In this document: piece by piece, positions 44,751 to 64,000 of the stretch
How positions within the stretch are numbered: position 1 is the stretch's first letter
Layout of the letters: every line of letters starts with the position of its first letter
Source: the human T2T-CHM13v2.0 reference genome, Homo sapiens
Length of the DNA stretch: 64,000 nt
Assembly: GCF_009914755.1 (NCBI RefSeq)
Contig: NC_060931.1
Direction: 5' to 3' (one strand)
Program-made: the position numbers and the translations under genes
Notes under the pieces: model-generated
Seen by the model: the letters and a program-made list of their open reading frames with translations, nothing else
Database searches by the model: none
Told to the model about the DNA's origin: nothing

Positions 44751-45450
44751 GTCCACACTCATCATCGTCATTACTCCTATTACTATGACGTGAAGAGTTG
44801 TGCTGCTAGGACAGGAGCAGCAACTTTTCAACACCAATCACTTTTTTAGATGGCCTCCTTTCTAGCCTTGTTAGTTGCCCAAATTCTGAAAAAAAAAACA
44901 AGAACTAAGACTCTAGAAGGAGATCCGAGAGGCAGACATGTGTGTCTGTGTGTGTGTGCGTGTGTGTAGGCGCGTGTGCATGTAGATGAAGGAGGAATCA
45001 GGAGTAATGCCAAGAATGAGAAATCTGTATAAGCAGTTCAGAAAAGGGGCATCATGAGTCACTCTCCTCAGTGCTGCCCCAAGAGTTCCACAGTTTGTTC
45101 CTTACATCATTCACTTGGATAAAACCTTTCAATGTCTCTCCATGGCCTTCAGAGTTAAATCAAAACTATTCCTTGGAATGACTTAAAACCCATACTACCT
45201 CTAAAGCCTCATCTCTTGACTCTCTCGCACCAAGCTCACTGAGCTTCCAGCCCTACTGAATTTCTTCAGTAACAAACTCTCACATCTCAGAGCCTTTGCA
45301 CATGCTGCTCCCTCTGCCTGAAAAGTAACCTCTACCTCCTCCAATAGCAAACTGCTACTCAACCTTCAAAATGCAGCTCAAGGATAACTCCAGAGCTCTT
45401 TCCTGATTTCAAGCTAAATGCCTCTGCTATATTATCCCCCATGTGCATAA

Positions 45451-45513
45451 CACCACCACCACCACCACCACCACCACCACCACCACCACCACCACCACCA
45501 CCACCACCACCAC
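45451..45513. repeat. Pure (CAC)21 trinucleotide microsatellite
   Basis: 63 bp of uninterrupted cac. Confidence 0.97.
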
Positions 45514-46229
45514 GCTGCACTGATCCACCACTAGCCGATGACTCCTTTAGAGATCTTGTCTTTGGGTATTTCCAGATACTGTCCTATACAGTAACAGATA
45601 CATTAAAAATAATAATTTTAAAAATTTATTAATCACAGCTGGAAAATACAGTGAACCTACTGATTACACTGGAAACTGGTAAAGAAAGGTAAACAAGCAA
45701 ACATTTATTCTGCCTTTCCCATATGAACAGTTACACTGGGCAACCAAGTAAGAGGTGATGGAAACTTTTCTTTTTATAAAACAGTATTCCAGATAATAAA
45801 ATGAAGGAGTAACACAACTAGAACATTATCATTTTACAACTCTTAATGAATCAACAGATCTAGGCATTAGTCACCAACAGTTGCTAATGTCACAAAAAGA
45901 GACAACCATATTTTGTGCCTCCTGATGAAAGAATGCACCACAATATAAGAAGCAGTCTTATAAAATAAGACTGAACCTGACTCTGACCAAGCCTCTGGTT
46001 CTAACTACTCATTTGGAAATACAGAAAATAGAGAAACATCGGGGATAAACCTGGTATTGAATCTCAGGAATCAGCAAAATCCTGACTACAGGAACTCTAC
46101 AGGGCAAATAACCCATTTCTTTAACAAATAAATTGTGAGAATAAAAAGGAAGGTGGTATCCTACAGATTAAGACACTTAATCGCAATAAGTAAGCCTTAT
46201 TCAAATACTTTTAAAAATTGAGACGTGTT

Positions 46230-46584
<355 letters not shown>

Positions 46585-46695
46585 TTAACTGTCAATTTTT
46601 TTTTAAGTATGATGGTGGTATTAGGTTTTTCTTAAGCCTTCACTTTTTAGAACTACATTCTCTAATATTTATAAACGATATCACATTATGCCTGA

Positions 46696-47010
46696 GGCCA
46701 GGTGCAGTGGCTCATGCCTGTAATCCCAGCACTTTGGGAGGCTGAGGCGGGTGAATCACCTGAGGTCAGGAGTTCAAGACCAGCCTGGCAAACACAGTGA
46801 AACCCCGACTCTACTAAAAATACAAAAATTAGCCTGGCGTGGTAGCACTCACCTATAATACCAGCTACTTGGGAGGCTGAGGCAGGAGAAGTGCTTGAAC
46901 CTGAGAGGCGAGGTTGCAGTGAGCTGAGATCATACCACTGCACTCCAGCCCGAGTGACAGAATGAGACTCCGTCAAAAAAAAAAAATTAATAAAAATAAA
47001 AATAAATAAA
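46696..47010 (+). mobile_element. AluS
   Basis: Alu motifs. Confidence 0.88.
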
Positions 47011-48349
47011 AGCACAGACCCTACAGAAAAGACTGCCTGGGTTCAAATCCTGTGTCCATGACTCACTCTGAGCCTTAGCTTCCTCAGCTGTTAAAAAAGA
47101 AAAAAAAAAAAAAAGGGACAATAGTAGTCTTTACTTCAGAGGACTTTTGTAAGAATTAAGTGAGTTAAGATGGTTATAACATATAGTTCTCCCAAAACAG
47201 TGCTTCATAGAAGTTTTCATTATCATCCCCCTTCCCACTTTACAGAAAGAAACACGGACCTGGAGAGGTGAAAAGTGACTTGCTTAATGACTTGAAAACC
47301 ATCTTCCAGGAACTGTGCTTAGCACTGGTGGCAAAAACTGGCTATTTACCAAAGCGTTTCCTTTTCCTCCTGGCATATGGCTAAACTACATTTCCCAGCT
47401 TCCCTTTCACATGACTGGTCTGGACAATGAAATGTGGGCAAAAGTGAAAGATGCCTCTGTACTACTCCCAGGCCTTGTCCCCAAACCTCCCATGCAATCC
47501 CTCACCGCTTCTCACCCTCATTTGCCAGGTGGACATCAATGCCTAGGGCAACGGAGAAAAGATTAGCCTGAGTCCCAGTATGACTTAACTGTTACTGTGT
47601 TACTCTTGAAATTTCGGCCACCATAAAGTCAGTAAGACTGTATTTTTTATGGACTCATCACAACAACCATTATTCCTATTCAACAGTTGAGGAAACTGAA
47701 GTATAAAGAAAGTCATGGTCAATTACTCAATGGTAGATCCAGAACTTGAACCAGCACTGTCTTAATACAGAGCTCGGGATCTTAAGTGACTTCCAAGATC
47801 ACAAGACCAGTAAGGGCACCAAGATTTCTAACTTAGAGTAGATACATTTTATATAGAATTTTGTTAAGTATTCCTTAAAATATCACTTTAATATGCCATA
47901 AGAATAACCACAGAATAGTGTTACTTTAAAGTAAAAAGATATAAATAGGAGCCCAAAATGTTAAGTGGGGTTTTACAATCAAGAAGACACACCAGAATAA
48001 GATATTTTTTAAATACCATGTACATTAAAGAGATCATACTTCCTTACCCTAATAAACAGCCATGTAGTACAAGTTTTAACTTTTTAATTAAATATTAAAA
48101 TTATTAAAAATATTAAATATACAACTTCTATTTGGTTTTATCTGAGCCATTCCTTTATACTGACAGTTACATGATGTGATTTCAGTTATATATGTAGTTA
48201 TTGGTAATTTTTCAAAAATAGAATATAATGAAAAAACTTCATTTCAATCATTACTGAACTGCACCTACATTAATCACAATATACCTATGAAAAGATGTAT
48301 AACATATACTAGTATGCCAAAAAAAAAAGTGACAAAACAGTATTTATAG

Positions 48350-48660
<311 letters not shown>

Positions 48661-49166
48661 TAATTCCATTTGTTTTCAAAGAATATATATGCCTATGTCT
48701 GTATTTTTTTCTACATACATACACGTCTTATCTACAAACCAAAAACATCTAGAAAAATATACAAAAAAAGCTTCCAGTGATAACCTCTGGGGAGTAAAAC
48801 TGAACTTGTGATGTATACCTTTTCTTAGAATTTGAATTTATGAAAAGCACATATACCTTTAGAATAAAAAATACTTTAAAGCTCTATCATTTACAGTAAT
48901 GCAAAGTGATCCAACTCTGAAATTCCCACATAATCATGTTATGCAGTGAAGCTTTCTAGGCTGGGGGGAAAAAATGTAACCTCTTCAAAAAAAAAAAATA
49001 AATAAATAAAAATAAAATAAAAAAATTGTAACCTCTTATAATGAATATATAAATATATATAATTTCATTAATTTCATTCATTATGGGTATACATTTATAC
49101 ATCTATTTACAAGTAAGTCTGTTTAAATACACATATCCACACCTGCTAAATAAATAAGTATGCTCT

Positions 49167-50664
<1,498 letters not shown>

Positions 50665-50744
50665 TGAATAGTGGGATTACAGACATTTTCTTCATTATGC
50701 TGGTCCATATTTAAATCCTCTCCCCCTCGCAAAAAAAGGTAAAA

Positions 50745-51110
50745 ATATACAGCCATAAAAAAGAATGGAATCATGTCCTTCGCAGCAACATGGATGGAGC
50801 TGGAGGCTACACTCTTTTTCATCCTCTATCCTAAAAGAAGTAACTCAGAACCAGAAAATCAAATACCACATGGTCTCATTTGTAAGTGGGAGCTAAACAA
50901 TGAGTACATGTGAACATAAAGATGGAAGTAATAGACTAGAGATTCCAAAAGAGAAGGTAGAAGAGGAGGCACACAGGTTGAAAACTACCTATTGGGTACT
51001 AGGGTCACTTTGGATGATGGCTGCGCTAGCAGGCCAAACCTCGGCATTACATAATCTAGCCATGTAACAAACCTGCACGTGTACCCCCTGAATCTAAAAT
51101 AAAATAAATT
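50745..51110 (+). mobile_element. L1PB/L1MA 3' end
   Basis: cagccataaaaagaatggaatcatgtccttcgcagcaacatggatggagctggagg...catgtaacaaacctgcacgtgtaccccctgaatctaaaataaaa. Confidence 0.85.
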
Positions 51111-51755
51111 TTTTTTTAAATTGTAAAGAAAAAAAGTATTAAATGACATAACTAAATATTCTAGACATCATTCTACCATAAGTTGTCCAAGAAAAACCAC
51201 ATTTTACCTTACTGTTTATCATTTGAAATAAAATATTATGTTAAGATATTTTAAATTTTTACCAGTTCCACAAAGGAACTAGGAAGTAGAAACTGAAGAA
51301 CACTTTGTTAAACAAGTCCTTGGGGATTAAAGAAGTAATAGCTACGAAGTATACAACAGTGTGATGAGTGAATCCTTCTCATATTGGGGTTAAAATGGTC
51401 ATTATAGCTACTGAGTACCACAAATCCAATCAAGTTAGGTATTTTGTATACATTATCATTTAATTCTCATTACAACCCATCACAATAGATGTTAATTAGT
51501 ATGTCCCCTATTTTTCGGATAAGGACATTCAAGATCAAACAGATTAAATGGTCAAGGTCATACAACTAAGAAATGAAAGTGCTGAGACTCAAACCCAAGT
51601 TCATGTCTTAAATCCCATGCCGTTTGATATTAAGGACCATGTGTGTTTAACAAATATTAGACACCTGCTACACACACACACACTGTGCCAGATGTATAAG
51701 ATAGAGCCATGACCCAAGAAATACAGTCACTATTCTCAAAAAACTTAGAATCTCT

Positions 51756-52700
<945 letters not shown>

Positions 52701-53789
52701 GTTCTTGTTTTTCCTGTCTTTGTAACTAGACTTTAAAGCTCCTCAAAAGAGCTGGAGTATAAACGAAAACACAAAGAGCTTTGAGTCTCAGATCTGGAAA
52801 AATTCTAGCTTTATCATATACATACATAAATTTAAATGCTGGATTCCTCACCAGTAAAAGGGTCTTGGATTAAGTGATATAAAGTAGTCCTGTGCTTATC
52901 CATAGGAAATACATTTCAACCCCATACCCTACCCCTGCCTGGCTCCCATAAATGCCTGAAACCACGGATGCTACAAAGCCCTATATACACTATGTTTTAT
53001 ATTTTTCTTTGCCTGCAGTGAATTCCCTCTCTTGGCAATGCCTTATAAGTTACCATGCAAAAAAATATAAATGTATCTCATTTATCTGTTCTCCCCTACC
53101 CCCCACAACCCTACCTACCTCTCACAGGACCAAGAATTGGAAAGGCCTTAGTGTAGCCACCACCTAACCACAGAAATGATCCAAACTCACATACTACTAC
53201 TTCTTTATTTTTCAGTAAAGTTCTCCAAACTAAAATGAAATATGCAGTTTGAAAATAGGTAGTAAAAATACAGCTTTTAAAATATATCCTCTATGCTGTT
53301 TCATAGCCACTTCACAATGACCCTACTTCCCCATTTATAACTCACCTAGTTAGTTATTAGTAAACAACTCTTAATCAAAAGTAAAAATGAAGGGCTATGG
53401 AACTGTTCTCATATCCCCTTCAGTGTCTTAAAGGCACTGTGCTCAGCATTCCACATGCATTATCTTATTGAAAGCGCAGTGTTTAATGAACTTGCCTAAA
53501 GTCACATCAGAACCACCAGGAAGCACAATTTCATTGTATTTTGTGTGAATGCCCTCCCCAGCACAACAAGAACGGAGCTGTACAATGAAGTGGTCTGGGT
53601 CACACAGCTAATTAAGTAATGGAGTTAAGGCTCAAAAACTCTTCAGTATCTGATGAGAAAGCTCACACTCAAAACCTCCAAAAAACACTGCTTCACATCA
53701 CTGAAATTAAAGAACAATAATACAATATAAGTAAAATAAAATGAGAATTCCTTGTTATATAATAAGCCAGTTTATCAGCTTTTTTTGAA

Positions 53790-54812
53790 GGAAGAAAGGG
53801 CAACATAGTGATATCTTGTCTCTACTAAAAATTTAAACATTAGCCGGGTGTGGTGGTATGCACCTGTAGTCCCAGCTACTCTGGAGGCTGAGTAGAGGGA
53901 GGATTACTTGAGCCAGGGAGGTTGAGGCTGCAAGGAGCCATGACTGCATCACTGCACTCCAGCCTGGGTGACAGAGTGAGATCCTACCTCAAAAGTGGTG
54001 TTTTGTTTTTTTCCACCACCCCAATGCTACCTCTATAACTCACACATGATAGTTTTATAAAGATAACTACCTGGCATTCAGGTTAAAATGACAACTGCAC
54101 CCAGAATAGGAAAAACTATAAATTATGCATTGGACTCTGCGATCACCAGCCCCTACTTGTAAATTTCAATGGAGATTCACTTTATTTCAAAATTAGAAAA
54201 CTGATCTCAGAGTTTAAAACCTCATTTACAGCTCCAAAATATTTAGAATCTAGAATTATATAACAAATACTTACTTTCTTAGCATGCAAAAATTATTTAC
54301 AAATCATTTAAAAAGGATGATCGACTTAACAGAAAAATGGGCAATGACAAACAGACTATTAGTTACCTAACCAATAGCCACTCCCCACTCACAACCTGTT
54401 CCTTACAGAGTCCACTTCCCATTATCATGGCTGCAAGGAACATCCTTGCTCTCTCACCCTCACTTGTATCTAGGACATGGATGGATACCAATCACGGCTG
54501 ATGGGATTTAAGAAAAAAATCTGTTGGCCGAGCGCGGTGGCTCATGCCTGTAATCCCAACACTTTGGGAGGCTGAAGCAGGCAGATCACCTGCCTGACCA
54601 ATAGAGAGAAACCCTGTCTCTACTAAAAACACAAAATTAGCCGGGCATGGTGGTGCATGCCTGTAATCCCAGCTACTGGGGAGGTTGAGGCAGGAGAATC
54701 GCTTGAACCCAGGAGGCAGAGGATGCAGTGCAGTGAGCCGAGATCGTGCCATTGCACTCCAGCCTGGGCAACAAGAAGCAAAACTCCATCTCAAAAAAAA
54801 AAAAAAAAAAAA
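53790..54812 (+). mobile_element. AluJ fragment (53790-53993) and AluSp-like copy (54526-54812)
   Basis: Alu motifs. Confidence 0.8.
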
Positions 54813-55059
54813 AATCTGCTAAGGGCTTCCAGGAAAGGTTTTTAATTCCAAATAAAATAGATGTGCATGAACAAATATACTTCATCTTTACTGGTCATTG
54901 AACCTGGTGTGAACTACGAATCCTCTTTTTCTCACATGCCACATCCCTCAACAAATCTTTTCGGCTCTGCCTCAACATATGCAGAATTACTTCAACATTT
55001 CTCTGATGCCTATCATGCTTCAAATCATCTGTTACCCTGCTAATATTATCTAACATGCC

Positions 55060-55710
55060 TGCTTCTTCCTTGATCTCCTTCATTCTAGTCTCAACACAGC
55101 AGCCAGCATGAGAGTTTTAGAGTCTTGGTCAGATAAAGCCAGTCCTCCACTTAAAAGCCCCCAAAGGACTCTCATCTAATCCAGAGTAAAAGTCAAAAGA
55201 TCTCACAATGGTCTACAAGGCCCTGCACAATCTGACTCCCCACGCTACTTCTCTTATGATGTTTTCTCCATAACTCAGCTCCTGCCACACTGGCCCTTTC
55301 AGTTCTATGAACATGCTAAGCACATTCCTGCCTCTGGGGCTTTTGCACTCACTGTTCCCCGCATCAGCAATGCTCTTTCCCCAAATATCTGCCTTTGCAT
55401 TCTTATTTCTTTTAAGATTCTATTCAAACATCAGCTCACTGAGGCCTTCTCTGATGGCCCCACTTAAAACAATCCAACCCAGCCCTTCCCGTCCCTTCCA
55501 TGGCTTTATTTTTTTCCATAAAACTTAACATCTTCTGACAATCTATAAATTCTACCTATTTGTTTGACTGTCTTCTCCCTTATCCCCACTAAAATATAAG
55601 CCCGTGAAGGAAGGCAATGAACTTTGTTTTGCTCACTGCTGTATTTCCCGTGCTTATGGACTACTGCCTAATACATTTTAGGTGGTAAATGATTATTTAA
55701 GTGAATTAAT
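55060..55710 (+). mobile_element. L2 3' remnant
   Basis: ctacaaggccctgcacaatctg, cctgcctctggggcttttgcactcactgttccc and ttgttttgctcactgctgtatt. Confidence 0.7.
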
Positions 55711-56084
55711 TTAGCAACTATCGACAACAAGCTGAGTATAAAACAGCAGGAAAATGAAAACCATCTAGGTCCGTGATAATTTAATTGAGCCACTGAATTA
55801 CACCTGGACTTCCAGTCATGTGAGGTAAATTTTATTTATGGTTTAATGCATTTTTAATTAAAATTTTTCTTATTTGAAGCTGCAAAGTACCCGAAATAGG
55901 GTACTGGTAGGCAGTTTGCAAAAAAAAGTGACAAATATAATCAATTTAACTCAATCGTAAGGCATGCCAATTAAAATAACCATGAAATAATCTCACTCAA
56001 GAAAAAATAAAAGTTTGGTACATGTATAATCCCACTTAATATGACTCATTACAACAATAGTAGCATTAAAAAAATTTTAAGGGT

Positions 56085-56670
<586 letters not shown>

Positions 56671-58499
56671 ACCCCACTTTCTAAGTTTTATACCTAAATA
56701 TTAATATATATAACTCAGTAAGAGTGTGATATCCTATCACCAGTATTTTCCCCACACTTTGAGTGCTAGATAGGACTGCCCACTCTTAGCCAATTATATA
56801 AAAATATTAGTTGATGCTGATAAAGTGCTTCCTCTTGTGCTGGCCACTTTTACATGTGTAACTTACTGCCCGCAACAATCCTACAACCTACAAAACCTTG
56901 TTTTCCCATTTTAAAGCTCAGAAGACTGAGCTACAAAAATAGATCAATGATCAGCCCCAAATCAAACAGCTACTAAGTGTGAGGCTGGGATTTGAACATA
57001 GGCAGTTCTGAAAACCAAAACCCAAAGCATTACAAACACTATCACCCATAAGCAGAGCATTCTCCTAAACTGAATGTGCCTTTTCCTGCCATTTATTCTG
57101 TGTTTGGATTCTGACCCACAACTACTGACAAAAGGTATTCAAGTAACAGCGCCAAACTTCCCAAAAGATATTTTGACAGAAAAAAATTAATTAAAAAATA
57201 CATAAATGAAAAGACAAAGATTGGTGGACATCCTCTGTCTCACTTCAAGAAATCGAGATAATAACAGTAATTACTTTTTAGGTTGTTGTGAGGATTAAAT
57301 AAATTAATATAGTACGTGTAAAGCACTTAGGATAGTGCTTGGCATACATTAAACCAATTAATAGTTTTCATTTTCATTGTAATTCTCATAATTATTATGA
57401 AAGGCTCCATAAATACCACTAAGCCTAGAAGGACTGACCAACAGCTATATGATTAGTAACTGGAAAAAACTATGGCCAGAGACATGTTATGACTTTAGGG
57501 ATACCAAAAAGAAAACGACAATTGCTGATTTTCATTCTAGGAACAAAGTGCCAAAGTGATTTAGTAAAGAAAAAATGCTATTAGAACTCCCACTCCCATT
57601 TTCAGAAATGTAGGCCCTGCCTACTTTCTCTCCCACCAGGTATGTTGTTAGTGAGGATGCCAGGAAAAAGGCATACTCTGTTGGGGGAATCCAAGCCAAC
57701 ACCTCACTTTTGGAGGGCAACTAATGAATATCCATCAAAACTTGAAACATATGTACTGTCCTCTTCGATGAGAGAACTTTACATCTAGGAATTTATCTTC
57801 CAGAATATGTCCACACGTACAAATACACAAGTACAAGGATATTCCTTACAAAGATAATAAAACTGGAAATCAACTAAATGACCATCAGTAGGGGAATGGT
57901 TTAACTAATCAGAGGGCCTTCAATCTAGTTTAAAACCTGTTTCTCCACTAAGATCAATCTCTAATCTAAGTAAATGACATTTCTGTCCACTCAACTACTG
58001 AAGCCACAAATCTAGAAGACAATTTTAATTCTTCTTTATCTCATATCCATCTCATCAAATCCTTTAGCAGATCTTACCGCTGTAACTTTCCAAGCTTTTT
58101 TTTTTTTTAGATGGAGTCTCACTCTGTTGCCCAGGTTGGAGTGCAGGGGCTTGATGTCAGCTCACTGCAACCTCCACCTCCCAGGTACAAGCAATTCTCT
58201 CCTGCCTCAGCCTCCTGAGCTTTCCAAACACTTCTGATTGCCTTTCTCCTCTGCCATCACTCTACTCTAAGCCATATCTGTCAAGGTTACTTTCACAGCC
58301 TTATGGGTGCCCTGGTTTATAACCTTCTAAGGGCTTTTGCTGCACTAAGGATAAAATCCCAGCTTCTTACCACGGTGTGAAGGGCACTGCTTGGGCTCCT
58401 GCTTGCCTCTCAAATATGGTCTCCTAAGTTCCCCTCATTGCACAGTAACACCAATCGTTTATTTTGGGAGATGGGAGGATCCCTTGAGTATAACACACT

Positions 58500-58849
58500 T
58501 GATATGGTTTGGCAGTGTCCCCACCCAAATCTCATCTTGAATTAAAGCTCCCATAATTCCCACGTGTTGTGGAATGGACACAGTGGGAAAGAATTGAATC
58601 ATAGGGGTGGTTTCCCCATACTGTTCTCCTGGTAGTGAATAAATCTCACGAGATATGATAGTTTTGTAAGAGGAAACACCTTTCACTTGGTACTCACTCT
58701 CTCTTGCCTGCCACCACGTAAGACATGCCTTCTGCTGTGAGTGTGAGGCCTCCCCAAACACATGGAACTATGAGTCTATTAAACTTCTTTTTCTTTAAAA
58801 ATTACCCAGCCTTGGGTATGTCTTTATCAGCAGTAAACGCACTAATACA
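58500..58849 (+). mobile_element. THE1 (MaLR) solo LTR
   Basis: tgatatggtttggcagtgtccccacccaaatctcatcttgaatt...gtatgtctttatcagcag..ctaataca, with 5-bp TSD acact. Confidence 0.9.
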
Positions 58850-59439
58850 ACACTCATTCTTGTTTTGAGTCTTCACAATAAATCCTGCTCTTCCTAAAAT
58901 GCCTCCACATCATTCACGTGTGTTTCAATGCCATCACTTCATACAGACCTTCCTGACCACCTTAGCCACATGCGTTCTCTCTCATACCATTAACAGACAC
59001 ACTCAGTACAGTACCACATTTTATTTTCTTCATAGCACTTCTCAGTATTTGAGACTAATTACGAGAAATGCATTTATTTTGTGTTTCTCACCGTTGAAAT
59101 ATTGTTCCATAAGGGCAGGAGCTTGGTCTCTCTGGTTCACCACTGAATCCTTACACCTAAAACACTCCTTGGCAAATTAAGCACGTGATTCATATCTTTG
59201 GATAAATTTTGAAAAGAATGAGATAGATGTGTATAAGCTAAAATGGAAAGATGCCTAAGATCAACCACAAAGTGACAAAATCAAATCACGATATAAATTA
59301 AATGATCCCATTATCATAAAAATGGATATAAGTACATACACATACATAGAAATAGCAAAGGTATACCCATAACAAAAGTCAAGGATACAGTAATTGTCTC
59401 TGAAATGTGGGGCAAAACAGGGAAAAGAGGGTCTTTCAC

Positions 59440-61220
<1,781 letters not shown>

Positions 61221-61993
61221 AAGATCACTAAAGCCGTAACATGAAAACTTTCAAGAAGTGAAGCACATAAAGTATTTTGCTTATTGTAATGGAGAAGAAA
61301 ACACATCTGGACATCTTTGAGAAATTTCAGTTTAATGAGGATAAAAGAAGGCTCTAAAGGGATGGATGAAAATATGAAACACATCACCCACAAAGGAAGA
61401 AGAATCACACAGTATCCGACTTTTCCTCACCAACAACAATGGACATAGAAGACACTGGAGCAATCCCTTCAAAACTCTGAGGGAAAACAATTTTCAGCTT
61501 AATTGCACTTGAATAAAATAATACCAGTCAACTGTAAGGGCTAATGAGGACTTTTACAGATAAGCAAGGATTCAAAACTTTATTTCTCACATATTCTTTC
61601 TTAGCTATTTATGTGGGTGTACTGCATTAAAACAAGTTAGTAACTCAAGAAATGATAAAGCTCTAATAACAGTAGTAGCACTGTGCAAAAAGAGTAAGGA
61701 AAAGTTCAGCACAAAAACAAGGCAACAGGTCTAAATACTTCTAGCCCAAACTGAAGGAAATAGGACTAAGGGAAAGCAGGGGAGGGTGGGAGGGACTTGA
61801 TATGCATAAAATAAGTAATAATGACAAACCACAGAAAAAGATTGATAAAATGAATCGTGAAAATATGACAAGAAAAATGCAGTTACAGATTCAAAAACCA
61901 AGAAACAATACAAAGAAATGTAATTACATACTACTTGCCTCTGCTGTGAAAAATATTACATGATCATAATAATGTAGAAACTATTCATTAACT

Positions 61994-63027
<1,034 letters not shown>

Positions 63028-63269
63028 AGTTACTGCTTGGTACATCAAGATCAACAGTCTATATAACATGAAGGAAAGTTCTGATATAAACTGCAGAGAT
63101 AACTAGCAGAGAAATTAAAAGTGATTTTTAAAAAATCTATTGGGGAAGCAGATGTAAAGAAGCCAAATCCTCCTTTATCAGAGCAGAAATCAATCATAAA
63201 TCATAACATATGTATATTATATAGTCACGACAATACCACAGGAAGAAATAATTTGAAAGTTTCCTTTGG

Positions 63270-64000
63270 AAATTGGACCCCTATCTTTCACCATATACAA
63301 AAATCAACTCAAGAAGGATTAAAGACTTCATCCAAAGACCTGAAACTATAAAAACCATTAGAAGAAAACCTAGGAAAAACTCTCCTGGACACTGATCTAT
63401 ACAATTCATGACTAAGAATTCATGAATTTAAAGAATTCATGACTAAGACCTCAAAAGCACAAGCAAAAAAAAAAAAAACAAAAATAGACAAATGAGACTT
63501 AAGCTAAAAAGCTTCTGCATAGCAAAAGAATCAGCAGACTGAACAAATGGCCTACAGAATAGGAGAAAAAAGTTTCAAACTATGTATCTCACAGGGTACT
63601 AACATCCAGAATTTACAAGGAACACAAATAATCCCATCAAAAAGTAAGCAAAGGGCTGTTCTGAATACCTCACTACTGATAACTGGTAGTGAGTTATCCC
63701 AATTGATGGTTCACTGTCAGTTACCGATCAAATTCCTTGTTCTATACTCTTTACTCCCCTTTCACTACTGCACTTAACTGGTCTTAAGAAAAAATTTTAA
63801 TAAAAAATTTTTAAGAATTTTAAAGTTAGCAAAGGACATTAATAGACATTTCTCAAAAGAAGACATACAAACAGTCAACAGGTATGTGAAAAAAATGCTC
63901 ATCACTAATCATCGAGGAAATGCAAATAAAAACCACAATGACATATCATCTTACACCAATCAGAATGGCCACTATTAAAGAAACAATAATAATAACAGAT
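63270..64000 (+). mobile_element. L1 (L1MA/PB-like) ORF2 3' remnant
   Basis: ttggacccctatctttcaccatatacaaaaatcaactcaag, gacctcaaaagcacaagca and agacatttctcaaaagaagacatacaa. Confidence 0.85.
63654..63785 (+). pseudogene. Y1 RNA (RNY1) retropseudogene inserted in an L1 remnant
   Basis: ggctgttctgaa..ggtagtgagttatcccaattgatggttcactgtcagttaccgatcaaattccttgttct...cactactgcacttaactggtctt matches hY1. A-rich tail 63786-63821. TSD aaagt(a/t)agcaaag at 63641-63653 and 63822-63834. Confidence 0.9.

Noticed and set aside
45441-45632. Poly-proline ORF
   Set aside because: An artefact of the (CAC)n microsatellite; no exon context.

Overview
Human genomic DNA, as shown by a young AluYa5 insertion. The window lies inside KMT2C (MLL3), which is transcribed on the minus strand. 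The only real coding sequence is the 89-bp KMT2C exon 2 (19488-19576). Sequence to its right is intron 1 and sequence to its left is intron 2. The rest is mostly transposable-element debris: about 60 Alus, old L1M/L2/MIR pieces, Tigger1/2/3, MER44, MER58A, MER20, and MER11, THE1 and MST solo LTRs. The standout feature is a 2.3-kb L1-mediated retrocopy (about 27636-29929) with a 15-bp TSD and poly(A). It is not a plain SEPT7 pseudogene but the cDNA of a spliced chimeric transcript: PSPH/PSPHP1-like CpG-rich 5' exons and first 30 codons, then an unknown 136-bp exon, an exonized antisense Alu arm, and SEPT7 from the P-loop exon to the polyadenylation site. Other oddities are a 574-bp L1+Alu tandem duplication, a Y1 RNA retrocopy with a self-templated inverted insert, an Alu with a 25-bp TSD and AluY/AluSp mosaicism, and a tailless Alu with intact TSDs. 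All gene and repeat identifications are from recalled sequences, not database searches. Repeat subfamily calls and boundaries are by eye.
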